This document shows positions 27,681 through 36,124 of a stretch of DNA of 64,000 nt, one piece after another. A model generated the notes under the pieces. The model was not told where the DNA came from. It saw nothing but the letters and a program-made list of their open reading frames with translations, and did no database searches. The DNA is from Oscillospiraceae bacterium. Lineage in GTDB: Bacteria > Bacillota > Clostridia > Oscillospirales > CAG-272. The position numbers and the translations under genes are program-made. The stretch lies in the NCBI GenBank assembly GCA_015063535.1, contig SVTY01000002.1, positions 16,034 through 80,033 of the forward strand, given 5' to 3'. Every line of letters starts with the position of its first letter. Positions within the stretch are counted from its first letter, which is position 1.

Positions 27681-29501
27681 ATGAAACTTCGTCTTGCTGA
27701 TTATGTTGCCGATTTCTTGGTTTCCCACGGTATTACCGATTGCTTTACCGTTACGGGCGGAGGTGCGATGCACCTCAACGATGCGTTGGGTCACAAGGAA
27801 GGCTTGCATTGTCTCTATAACCATCACGAACAGGCATGCGCCATTGCCGCAGAGGCATATGCGAGAATCCACAATAAGATCGCCGCAGTCTGTGTAACCA
27901 CCGGTCCCGGCGGAACCAACGCCATTACGGGCGTGGTAGGAAGCTGGCTGGACTCGATCCCCATGCTGATTCTGTCGGGTCAGGTGCGTTATGATACCAC
28001 GGCACGAGGAATGGGAGTCAATGTCCGTGCAGGAGGAGATCAGGAATTTGATATTACCAAATCTATTTCCTGCATGACCAAATATGCCGAAATGATCGAA
28101 GATCCCAAACGAATCCGCTATGCTTTGGAAAAGGCATTGCACCTTGCTACCACAGGAAGACCCGGCCCTTGTTGGCTGGACATTCCTCTGAATTTCCAAG
28201 GCTGTACCATTGAGACCGATGAGCTGGTGGGCTACGATCCTGCGGAGGATGCCCCCGAAGCACCTGCCGTTTCCGAAACGGTCATCGACACCGTTTTGGA
28301 AAAATTAAAAAGCTCTGCTCGTCCTGTCTTTTACGCAGGAAACGGCATCCGCCTGTCCGGCGCTTTTGCCGAGTTCAAGTCAGTCGTCTCGAAACTGAAT
28401 ATCCCCGTTGTTACCGGCTGGGATAATATCGACATGATGGCAGATGCCGATCCTCTGTATGTAGGACGCGGAGGTATTATGGGAGATCGCCCCGGCAACT
28501 TTGCGGTACAAAACGCCGACATGATTCTTGCCGTCGGAAACCGTCTGTCCATTCGTCAGGTAGGATATAGCTGGAATACATGGGCAAGAGAAGCATATGT
28601 TGTAATGGTAGATGTGGATGCGGAAGAGCTGAAAAAGCCGACACTCCATGTAGAGCTCCCCATCCATGCCGATGCCAAGGACTTTTTGACTGCTTTGGAA
28701 AAGAAGCTGCCCAAAACGGGTATGTTCTATGCCGAAAACGGTTGGCAAGAAACCTGTCGGGAATGGAAAAAGAAATATCCCGTTGTTCAGCAAAAGCACT
28801 ATGATGCCGAAGGCTTGACCAACCCCTATGCCTTCATCGGTTCTCTTTCCTCTCGCTTGCCGGAAGGCTATACCACCGTGGTCGGAAACGGAACTGCTTG
28901 CGTAGTAGGAAGCCATGGCTATGTCATCAAAGAAAATCAGCGCTTTATCATCAACTCCGCAATTGCCTCTATGGGATATGATCTACCTGCCGCCATCGGC
29001 GTTTGTGTTGCCTTAGGCAAGCAAGAGATCGTCTGCATTTCGGGTGACGGAAGTATCCAGATGAATCTGCAAGAATTGCAAACGATTCTGACCAATCAGC
29101 TGCCCATAAAGATCTTTGTAATCAACAACGATGGCTATCACTCGATTCGACAGACACAAACCAACATTTTCGGACACCATACCAAAGTAGGTATCGGCCC
29201 CGAAAGCGGCGACCTGTCCTTCCCCTCTTTGGAAAAGCTGGCATGGGCATACGGCTATCCCTATGCCGCTTGCCGTACCAACGCCGACATTGAAGACACG
29301 CTTCATTGCGCCTTTGAAACCGAAGGACCGTTCCTTGCCGAGATTTTCGTGGATGCTACCCAGTTCTTTGAGCCAAAGAGTGCAACCAAAAAGCTGCCTG
29401 ACGGAAGCCTGTTCAGCCCTCCTTTGGAAGATCTTGCTCCCTTCCTACCCAGAGAAGAGTTAAAGTCGATTATGAAAATCCCCTTGGTGGACGAAAAATA
29501 A
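27681..29501 (+). CDS. thiamine-diphosphate-dependent enzyme (acetolactate synthase large-subunit-like, YerE-like)
   Basis: 606 aa with 'TTGPGGTNA' and the ThDP motif 'SGDGSIQMNLQEL...NNDGY'. Confidence 0.8.
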   Translation: MKLRLADYVADFLVSHGITDCFTVTGGGAMHLNDALGHKEGLHCLYNHHEQACAIAAEAYARIHNKIAAVCVTTGPGGTNAITGVVGSWLDSIPMLILSGQVRYDTTARGMGVNVRAGGDQEFDITKSISCMTKYAEMIEDPKRIRYALEKALHLATTGRPGPCWLDIPLNFQGCTIETDELVGYDPAEDAPEAPAVSETVIDTVLEKLKSSARPVFYAGNGIRLSGAFAEFKSVVSKLNIPVVTGWDNIDMMADADPLYVGRGGIMGDRPGNFAVQNADMILAVGNRLSIRQVGYSWNTWAREAYVVMVDVDAEELKKPTLHVELPIHADAKDFLTALEKKLPKTGMFYAENGWQETCREWKKKYPVVQQKHYDAEGLTNPYAFIGSLSSRLPEGYTTVVGNGTACVVGSHGYVIKENQRFIINSAIASMGYDLPAAIGVCVALGKQEIVCISGDGSIQMNLQELQTILTNQLPIKIFVINNDGYHSIRQTQTNIFGHHTKVGIGPESGDLSFPSLEKLAWAYGYPYAACRTNADIEDTLHCAFETEGPFLAEIFVDATQFFEPKSATKKLPDGSLFSPPLEDLAPFLPREELKSIMKIPLVDEK

Positions 29502-29512
29502 TGCGTGTTTTC

Positions 29513-29540
29513 ACAAGGTCAAGCCATAGCTTGACCTTGT
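29513..29540 (+). terminator. hairpin after the ThDP enzyme gene
   Basis: ACAAGGTCAAGC CATA GCTTGACCTTGT, a perfect 12-bp stem with a weak T-tract. Confidence 0.5.
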
Positions 29541-29580
29541 AACCCGTTTTATACATATTTCTTATATGAAAGGAACAAAT

Positions 29581-30189
29581 ATGAAACTCTTAGAACAGAT
29601 CAAACAAGTCAAGCTGGTACCCGTCGTGGTGCTAAAGGAGCTTTCGGAAGCCGAGCCCACCTTACAAGCCCTCTGCGACGGAGGACTGCCCGTGGCGGAG
29701 ATCACCTTCCGTACCGCCTGTGCCGCCGATGCCATCCGCTTAGGATGCGAAAAATTCCCCGATATGCTCATCGGTGCGGGTACCGTTATCAACGCCGAGC
29801 AGGCAAACCGTGCCATCGACTGCGGTGCCAAATTCATCGTCGGACCGGGCTTTGCCGCCGAGGTAGCAGAGGTCTGCCGCGATCGGGGGATCCTCTATCT
29901 CCCCGGATGCGTCACTCCCACAGAGATCATCACCGCCCTGTCCTATGGCATCGAGGTCGTCAAATTCTTCCCCTGCTCCAACTTCGGCGGATTGTCTACT
30001 CTGAAAGCCCTTGCCGCCGCCTTCCCCGCCGTGCGCTTCCTGCCCACAGGCGGTATCTCCGAGGAGAACGTGCGGGAGTATCTTGCCTTCGATAAGATCA
30101 TCGCCTGCGGCGGTAGCTGGATGATGAAGGGAACCCCCGACGAGATCCGCCAAAAAACCGCTTCGGCTGTGAAGTTAGTGAACGGTTGA
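29581..30189 (+). CDS. eda: KDPG / 4-hydroxy-2-oxoglutarate aldolase
   Basis: ATG at 29581 with RBS AAAGGAA; an alternative start is 29566. Has 'VAEITFRT', 'GAGTV' and 'VKFFP' motifs. Confidence 0.85.
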   Translation: MKLLEQIKQVKLVPVVVLKELSEAEPTLQALCDGGLPVAEITFRTACAADAIRLGCEKFPDMLIGAGTVINAEQANRAIDCGAKFIVGPGFAAEVAEVCRDRGILYLPGCVTPTEIITALSYGIEVVKFFPCSNFGGLSTLKALAAAFPAVRFLPTGGISEENVREYLAFDKIIACGGSWMMKGTPDEIRQKTASAVKLVNG

Positions 30190-30195
30190 TGAAAA

Positions 30196-30223
30196 TGCGA
30201 GGATGCGAGGATGCGAGGATGCG
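30196..30223 (+). repeat. 8-bp tandem TGCGAGGA x3.5 (module D)
   Basis: TGCGAGGATGCGAGGATGCGAGGATGCG starts 7 nt after the eda stop. Confidence 0.85.
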
Positions 30224-30255
30224 TTTAAGAAACTTTTTGAAAAAAGTTTCTTAAA
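30224..30255 (+). repeat. A/T palindrome (module A variant)
   Basis: TTTAAGAAACTTTTT GA AAAAAGTTTCTTAAA. Confidence 0.7.
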
Positions 30256-30364
30256 AATCTTCAAAAACTTCCAAAAAATTTAAAGCATACCATCCGCCTT
30301 TTTCACATGCGATGAGGAGATCGCCTTTCGATCTGACTATCAAATAATATAAACCCCTTTTCAA

Positions 30365-30434
30365 GTTTTTTGAAATTCTTAAAAACTTTTTTCCAAAAAA
30401 GTTTTTAAGTGGGGTTTGGGGTGAAACCCCAAAA
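30365..30434 (+). repeat. 70-bp double-hairpin element (module C), copy 1
   Basis: GTTTTTTGAAATTCTTAAAAACTTTTTTCCAAAAAAGTTTTTAAGTGGGGTTTGGGGTGAAACCCC. Ends 30 nt upstream of the kdgK ATG. Confidence 0.8.
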
Positions 30435-30464
30435 TAAAAAAAACACATAAACGAGGTAACAAAC

Positions 30465-31484
30465 ATGAAAGTTGTATGTTTCGGCGAGCTGATGCTGCGG
30501 CTCGCACCCAATGGGTATTATCGGTTTTTCCAAAACGATCAGATGCAAGCCACCTTTGGCGGCGGCGAGGCAAACGTAGCCGTTTCGCTTGCCAATTACG
30601 GCATTGACAGCACCTATGTCACAAAGCTCCCCAAGCACGCTATCGGACAGGGAGCGGTCGATTCCCTGCGCTACTTTGGCGTAGACACCTCCAAGATCGT
30701 CCGTGGCGGCGACCGTGTCGGCATTTACTTTTTGGAAAAGGGAGCGTCTCAGAGAGGCTCTGTCTGCATCTATGACCGTGCCCACTCGGCAATTTCCGAA
30801 GCAAAGCGAGAAGATTTTGACTGGGACACCATCCTTGACGGAGCCGATTGGTTCCACTTTACGGGCATCACCCCCGCACTGGGCAAAAACGTGGCAGAGA
30901 TCTGTCTGGATGCCTGCAAGGCTGCCAAGGCAAAGGGCGTGACCGTCTCCTGCGACCTGAACTATCGGGGCAAGCTGTGGACGAGAGAGGAAGCACGGGC
31001 GGCAATGACCGAGCTTTGTCAGTACGTAGACGTTTGCATTTCCAACGAGGAGGATGCCAAGGACGTGTTCGGCATCGAAGCCGAGGGAACCGATATCACG
31101 GGCGGCAAGCTGAACCATGAGGGCTACAAGTCGGTGGCAAAGCAGCTGGCAGACAAATTCGGCTTTTCAAAGGTCGCCATCACGCTCCGTTCCTCCATTT
31201 CCGCCAGCGACAACGACTGGGCGGGCATGCTCTATGACGGCGAAAACTACTGCTTCTCTAAAACCTACCACCTGCACATCGTAGACAGAGTAGGCGGCGG
31301 CGACAGCTTCGGTGGCGGTCTGATCTACTCTCTGCTGAGCGGAAAGACCACACAGCAGGCGATCGAATTTGCCGTAGCGGCATCGGCATTGAAGCATTCC
31401 GTCGAGGGCGACTACAACCGTGTCAGCGTCTCCGAGGTAGAGAAGCTGGCAGGCGGCGATGGCTCGGGACGGGTTCAGCGGTAA
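30465..31484 (+). CDS. kdgK: 2-dehydro-3-deoxygluconokinase (PfkB family)
   Basis: 339 aa with 'FGGGEANVAVSL' and 'DRVGGGDSF' motifs. Confidence 0.85.
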   Translation: MKVVCFGELMLRLAPNGYYRFFQNDQMQATFGGGEANVAVSLANYGIDSTYVTKLPKHAIGQGAVDSLRYFGVDTSKIVRGGDRVGIYFLEKGASQRGSVCIYDRAHSAISEAKREDFDWDTILDGADWFHFTGITPALGKNVAEICLDACKAAKAKGVTVSCDLNYRGKLWTREEARAAMTELCQYVDVCISNEEDAKDVFGIEAEGTDITGGKLNHEGYKSVAKQLADKFGFSKVAITLRSSISASDNDWAGMLYDGENYCFSKTYHLHIVDRVGGGDSFGGGLIYSLLSGKTTQQAIEFAVAASALKHSVEGDYNRVSVSEVEKLAGGDGSGRVQR

Positions 31485-31516
31485 AAATCCGCCTCCTTTA
31501 TCGACAATTTTTTCTG

Positions 31517-31580
31517 CCCCATTTCCTCATCACAGAGCAAAATTTTCTCTGGTTGTGATGAAGAAATGGGGTAGATTTTT
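31517..31580 (+). terminator. long hairpin after kdgK
   Basis: CCCCATTTCCTCATCACA, 19 nt, TGTGATGAAGAAATGGGG (one mismatch), followed by TAGATTTTT. Confidence 0.5.
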
Positions 31581-31645
31581 ATCTTTGTGCATTTCGTTGA
31601 AAATAATTTTTTTCAAAAAAGGACTTGACAAGCTCCCCAAAAAAG

Positions 31646-31763
31646 TTTTCCATAGGCACCCGAAAAAAACTCCTCAAAAAAGCCTTGATTTTGCAAGGTT
31701 TTCCACATTATCAACAGAGTTTTCCATAGGTTTGAGCGGAAAATTCTGCGGGGGTATGGAAAA
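31646..31763. other. secondary cluster of DnaA-box-like 9-mers
   Basis: TTTTCCATA 31646, TTTTCCACA 31699, TTATCAACA 31708, TTTTCCATA 31720 and TATGGAAAA 31755. These are the same variant box as in the dnaA-dnaN spacer. Confidence 0.6.
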
Positions 31764-31820
31764 CTTTTTGAAAAATCGGGCTTTGTGAATCCTGCCGAAT
31801 TTTACAAAAAAAGGAATACA

Positions 31821-31889
31821 GGATGCGAGGAATGCGCCCTCCTTTTCTTTTTTAAAAGAAAAGGAGGCAAAAGAAAACCGAGCAAAAAT
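31821..31889 (+). repeat. modules D-A-B
   Basis: GGATGCGAGGAATGCG, then CCTCCTTTTCTTTTTTAAAAGAAAAGGAGG, then CAAAAGAAAACCGAGCAAAAAT. Confidence 0.75.
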
Positions 31890-31934
31890 ATTCTCATGAA
31901 AATCAGTGCAAACATACGAAAAAACGCACAAACT

Positions 31935-31961
31935 TGTAGGGACAGGCGTCCTCGACTGTCC
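31935..31961 (+). repeat. TGTAGGG-type REP-like hairpin
   Basis: TGTAGGGACAGGCGTCCTCGACTGTCC (GGACAG/CTGTCC stem). Confidence 0.75.
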
Positions 31962-32061
31962 AAGAAAGAGAATCTTATCCTTCTGCATAAACGCATTTCC
32001 TCCCGCTTTTGAAATTCTTCAAAACTTTTTAAAAACTTTTGAGCGATTTCAAAGAAACTCC

Positions 32062-32090
32062 TTGTAATATCCCCGCAACAATGGTATAAT
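32062..32090 (+). promoter_or_regulatory. sigma-A-type promoter for the rluD-like gene
   Basis: TTGTAA, 17-nt spacer, TATAAT, with a TGG extended -10. Confidence 0.5.
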
Positions 32091-32101
32091 ATAATAAATA
32101 T

Positions 32102-33091
32102 ATGTATCTGCTTGCAAACGGAGGAAGGGACTTGGACTATCGAGTGGACGAATATGCGGCGGGAAAGACCGTTCTGGAGCTCGCCAAACAGACCTTGGGA
32201 CTTTCCACGGGACTTCTCCGCCATCTGAAATTTCTGGACAACGGAATTCTTGTCAACGAAAGACGTGTCACCGTCCGCTACATTCTGCAACAGGGAGACC
32301 TTCTTTCTCTTGCGGTGGAGGATACTCGGTCGCCCGACTTTCTGTTGCCCAACGATCTCCCTCTCCCCATCGCCTATGAGGATGCCGACACGGCGGTACC
32401 CGAAAAACCGCCCCATATGCCGACCCATCCCTCCTGCGGACATCGGGAGGACACCGTTGCCAACGCCCTTGCCTTTCGGTATGCGGCAGAGCAGATCCCC
32501 TTTGTGTTTCGCCCCATCAACCGCTTGGATCGCAATACCAGCGGTCTGCTGCTCATCGCCCGAAACCGCATGGCGGCGGCAAAGCTGTCCCGTGCCATGA
32601 AGGACGGATATATTCAAAAACGCTACCTTGCCATCCTGTGCGGAACCCTGCCCCAAGAGGAGGGGCTCATCGAGACCCACATCCGCCGAACGGCGCAAAG
32701 CATCATCGTGCGGGAGAACTGCTCCCCCGACGAGGGAGGCGACCTTGCCCGTACCCAATACATCACCCTGTCTCGGACAGACACCCATTCGCTGGTCTGC
32801 GCCATTCCCCTGACAGGACGGACGCACCAGCTCCGTGTTCATTTTTCGGGACTCGGCTGCCCCATTTTGGGAGACGACCTGTACGGCACGCCCTCTCCCC
32901 TCATCGACCGCCATGCTCTGCATTCCTGCCTCCTTGCCTTTCCCCGTCCGTCGGACGGAGCCACGCAGACCGTCCGCTCCGCCCTGCCCGACGATATGAG
33001 GCAGGCGGCGAATGCCTTGGGGCTTTCCTGCCCCGACCCCGATACGCTTGCTTCGCTTCTTCAAATTTCCCCGAAAGGAGCCAAACCATGA
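32102..33091 (+). CDS. RluA/RluD-family pseudouridine synthase with S4-like N-terminus
   Basis: 'NRLDRNTSGLLL' and 'GRTHQLRVH' motifs. The start is uncertain: ATG 32102 has no SD, while TTG 32132 lies 7 nt after GGAGG. Confidence 0.8.
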   Translation: MYLLANGGRDLDYRVDEYAAGKTVLELAKQTLGLSTGLLRHLKFLDNGILVNERRVTVRYILQQGDLLSLAVEDTRSPDFLLPNDLPLPIAYEDADTAVPEKPPHMPTHPSCGHREDTVANALAFRYAAEQIPFVFRPINRLDRNTSGLLLIARNRMAAAKLSRAMKDGYIQKRYLAILCGTLPQEEGLIETHIRRTAQSIIVRENCSPDEGGDLARTQYITLSRTDTHSLVCAIPLTGRTHQLRVHFSGLGCPILGDDLYGTPSPLIDRHALHSCLLAFPRPSDGATQTVRSALPDDMRQAANALGLSCPDPDTLASLLQISPKGAKP

Positions 33092-34221
33092 ACGCCGCCA
33101 AACGAACCGTAACGGAAGAACGCCCCCATACACCCGTAAAAAATCGCCTTCCTCTCTTTGCCCTGATCTTTTACGGGATCGCCCTGCTTTCGGCAGTGCT
33201 GTATCTGCTGTTTCTCGTCAGCGAACGCTTTGCGGACTTTTTCAATCGCTATATCAGCTCGGTCTTGCGAGCAGCTCTCGCCCACCTGACCAACCTCATT
33301 CCCTTTTCGTTGGCGGAATTTCTGCTCCTGCTCCTTCCCGTCCTGCTGTTTGTCGTCGTGCGCATCGGTCTGCGGCATTACGCCGATTCTTGGCGTCGGG
33401 TCTTTCTGTTCTGCGCCTCTGTGCTTTCGGTAGCGGCGCTTCTGCTTGCCCTGTTTGCCTTGGGCTTTGCCCCCGCCTATCGGGGAACCACCCTTGACAA
33501 AAAGCTGGCGCTGGACCGTCGGGACGTCAGTGCCGAAGAGCTGTACGACACCGCCATGACGCTTTCCCGACAAATCGCCAAGGAATCGGAAGCCATCACC
33601 TACTCCCCCGCCACCGATTTTTCGGTCATGCCCTACGGCTATGAGGAAATGAACGCCCGCTTGCTGAGCGCCTATGACGAAATCTGCGACGAGTACGCCT
33701 TCATCCAACGGCTGAACAGCCGCCTCAAGCCCGTCATGCTCAGCAAGGCAATGTCCTATACCCACATCACGGGCGTTTACTCCTTCTTTACGGGAGAAGC
33801 CAATATCAACGTGGACTTTCCCGACTACACCATCCCCTATACGGCGGCGCACGAGCTGTCCCACCAACGGGGCATTGCCCGAGAGGACGAAGCCAATTTC
33901 ATGGCATTTCTCGTCTGCATCCGCTCTGAGGATGCCTACATCCGCTACAGCGGATACCTGAATCTGTACGAATACGTGGCATCCGCCCTCTATTCCGCCT
34001 CTCCCACCCTCTATTGGGAGGTCTATGGCACCCTGCCCCGCAGCGTGACCAAGGAAATGGCGGCATACTCCGATTTCTTCGACCAATATCGGGAATCGGT
34101 GGCAAGCGAGGTATCGGAGACCGTCAACAATACCTTTCTGACCATTCAAGGAACCCCGGGAACCAAAAGCTACGGTATGGTAGTCGATTTGGCTGTCGCC
34201 TATTATCGTGATACGCCGTAA
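33088..34221 (+). CDS. DUF3810 family membrane metalloprotease-like protein
   Basis: ATG at 33088 overlaps the upstream stop (ATGA). Has N-terminal TM helices and an 'AAHELSHQRG' HExxH-type motif. Confidence 0.7.
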   Translation: MNAAKRTVTEERPHTPVKNRLPLFALIFYGIALLSAVLYLLFLVSERFADFFNRYISSVLRAALAHLTNLIPFSLAEFLLLLLPVLLFVVVRIGLRHYADSWRRVFLFCASVLSVAALLLALFALGFAPAYRGTTLDKKLALDRRDVSAEELYDTAMTLSRQIAKESEAITYSPATDFSVMPYGYEEMNARLLSAYDEICDEYAFIQRLNSRLKPVMLSKAMSYTHITGVYSFFTGEANINVDFPDYTIPYTAAHELSHQRGIAREDEANFMAFLVCIRSEDAYIRYSGYLNLYEYVASALYSASPTLYWEVYGTLPRSVTKEMAAYSDFFDQYRESVASEVSETVNNTFLTIQGTPGTKSYGMVVDLAVAYYRDTP

Positions 34222-34271
34222 CCGAATATACTGTCAGTAGCTTTTCTCAAATCTTGCCCACGGAGGCTGTT

Positions 34272-35528
34272 ATGGACAAATTGATGATCCGAGGCGGAAA
34301 CCCGCTCTACGGAGAAGTAAATATCAGCGGCATGAAAAACTCCGCTCTTCCCGTCATCTTCGGAACCATCGCAACGGGCGATCTCTGTACCATCGGCAAC
34401 GTACCCGATGTCAGCGACATTTCCCTTGCGCTGGAAACGCTCCGTTCTCTGGGCGCCAAGGTGCGTTTTGTCAATACCGATACCGTTCTCATCGACACCC
34501 GAGAGGTCGTCATGAAAAGCCCGCCCCGAGAGTTTGTCGGAAAGATGCGAGGCTCTACCTACCTCATCGGCGCCATGCTCGGCCGTTTTGGCGAGGCGCT
34601 TGTAGGCTACCCGGGCGGCTGTGACTTCGGCGTTCGCCCCATCGACCAGCATATCAAGGGCTTTGAATATTTGGGGGCAACCGTGGCATACAGCGACGAC
34701 GCCAACCTTCATGTCGTAGCGCAAAACGGACTGAAGGGCAATATGATCTATTTCGATATCGCCTCTGTCGGTGCTACCATCAACGTCATGCTGGCGGCAG
34801 TCTTTGCCGAAGGAACCACCGTCATCGAAAACGCCGCCCGAGAGCCGCACATCGTCGATATGGCAAGCTTTCTCAACGCCTGCGGTGCCGACATCAGCGG
34901 CGCGGGAACCGGCATGATTCGGGTGCGGGGCGTCAAGAAGCTCCACGGCTGTACCTATGAGATCGCCCCCGATATGATCGAAGCAGGTACATACATGGCG
35001 GCAGCGGCAACGGCAGGCGGAAGGGTCACTCTGCGGCGTGTGATCCCCAAGCATATGGAATCGGTGACTTTGAAGCTCCGAGAGATCGGCGTCACCGTCG
35101 AATCCGATGATCTCTCCATCACCGTGACATCCGACCGCACCTACCGCTCCACCCATATCAAGACCAACCCCTACCCCGGCTTTCCCACCGATATGCACCC
35201 CCAGTTCGGAGCCATGCTCTGCACCTCTCAGGGAATCAGCTCGATCTCCGAGGGCATCTGGGGCAATCGTTTCAAATATGTAGAGGAGCTGAAAAAAATG
35301 GGAGCCGATATCGACGTAGTCAACGGAACCGCCCATATCACAGGCGTGCCCACTCTGAAGGGGGCTGCGGTCAAAGCCAGTGACCTCCGTGCGGGTGCCG
35401 CCCTTATCATCGCCGCACTCGGTGCCGAAGGCGTCAGTACCGTTTCGGGGCTGGAATTTGTAGACAGAGGCTATCAGGATCTGGTCGCCAAACTCAAATC
35501 GCTCGGTGCCGATATTCGTCGGATTTAG
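34272..35528 (+). CDS. murA: UDP-N-acetylglucosamine 1-carboxyvinyltransferase
   Basis: ATG at 34272 with RBS GGAGG. Has 'ISGMKNSALP', 'GGCDFGVRPID' and 'FPTDMHPQF' motifs. Confidence 0.9.
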   Translation: MDKLMIRGGNPLYGEVNISGMKNSALPVIFGTIATGDLCTIGNVPDVSDISLALETLRSLGAKVRFVNTDTVLIDTREVVMKSPPREFVGKMRGSTYLIGAMLGRFGEALVGYPGGCDFGVRPIDQHIKGFEYLGATVAYSDDANLHVVAQNGLKGNMIYFDIASVGATINVMLAAVFAEGTTVIENAAREPHIVDMASFLNACGADISGAGTGMIRVRGVKKLHGCTYEIAPDMIEAGTYMAAAATAGGRVTLRRVIPKHMESVTLKLREIGVTVESDDLSITVTSDRTYRSTHIKTNPYPGFPTDMHPQFGAMLCTSQGISSISEGIWGNRFKYVEELKKMGADIDVVNGTAHITGVPTLKGAAVKASDLRAGAALIIAALGAEGVSTVSGLEFVDRGYQDLVAKLKSLGADIRRI

Positions 35529-35545
35529 TCAGAAAGAAAAGAGAT

Positions 35546-35603
35546 GGTACTTTTTTCTTTTAAAAAAGAAAAAAGTACCAAAAAAGAAAACAAAGCAAAA
35601 AAT
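35546..35603 (+). repeat. modules A+B after murA
   Basis: GGTACTTTTTTCTTTTAAAAAAGAAAAAAGTACC, then AAAAAAGAAAACAAAGCAAAAAAT. Nearly identical to 46799-46852. Confidence 0.85.
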
Positions 35604-35636
35604 ATTTTACCCTTTTTATGTTCGCACTTGCTCCAT

Positions 35637-35663
35637 TGTAGGGACAGGCGTCACCGACTGTCC
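35637..35663 (+). repeat. TGTAGGG-type REP-like hairpin
   Basis: TGTAGGGACAGGCGTCACCGACTGTCC; differs from the 31935 copy only in the loop. Confidence 0.75.
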
Positions 35664-35734
35664 GATTTTCTGTATTACAACATCCCATAATCTCTTCAAA
35701 AAATTAAAAATTTCAAAAAAATTCAAAAAAACTG

Positions 35735-35763
35735 TTGACAACCGATAAAAAGTGTGGTAAAAT
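35735..35763 (+). promoter_or_regulatory. sigma-A-type promoter of the T-box leader
   Basis: TTGACA, 17-nt spacer, TAAAAT. Confidence 0.55.
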
Positions 35764-35787
35764 TTTATTACTTTAATAGAGAAAAGC

Positions 35788-36056
35788 GTTGATCGGAAAC
35801 CAGTATCCGCCCAAAATCCTTTCAGAGAGCCGTCGGTCGGTGCAAGACGGCAGGAGAGTCAGACGGGGAATTCCTTCCGGGAGCTTCGCACGGAACTTGC
35901 CGCACAAATCGGCAAAAGTAGGCTGCGACGGGTGCGACCGTCATATCGTCGGGACATGCAGGTGCCCCATGAGGCTCTCTGCCGCAAGGAGGGAGCAAAA
36001 CAGAGTGGTAACACGCAAGCAGCGTCTCTGTACCGATTCGGTACGGAGCGTTTTTT
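35788..36056 (+). promoter_or_regulatory. T-box leader (tRNA-sensing riboswitch), candidate specifier UUC (Phe)
   Basis: The expected T-box elements are present in order:
- K-turn GUUGA..GAG.
- Specifier loop: ACCAGUA on the 5' side, GAA-UUC-C on the 3' side (35868-35874).
- AGAGAG and GGUGCAAG distal motifs (35825-35848).
- T-box ACAGAGUGGUAACACGC (36002-36016).
- Antiterminator arm CUCUGU shared with the terminator hairpin CTCTGTACCG ATT CGGTACGGAG plus T6 (36026-36056). Confidence 0.8.
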
Positions 36057-36124
36057 ATTTTCTTTTTGATTCCGACAGCCACGGCTGTTGAAATAAATAT
36101 TTTTACTCACAGGAGAAAAAAATC

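Noticed and set aside
32638-33087. A 150-aa N-terminal extension of the DUF3810 ORF (the track starts at 32638). Similar upstream extensions exist for trmK (96), proB (20001), purC (24978), dnaN (47302), gyrB (50005) and parA (62317).
   Set aside because: The extensions overlap the preceding genes in another frame and are Arg/Pro-rich. Internal ATGs with good RBSs coincide with the expected family N-termini.
35546-35579. The A/T palindromes after murA, dnaA, recF and gyrB were considered as ordinary rho-independent terminators.
   Set aside because: The stems are almost pure A:U and are followed by A-rich sequence rather than a U-tract. They are kept as an unexplained repeat class instead.
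35789-36091. 100-aa plus-strand ORF and two minus-strand ORFs upstream of the ABC transporter.
   Set aside because: The region folds as a complete T-box leader with a terminator; the ORFs are incidental.
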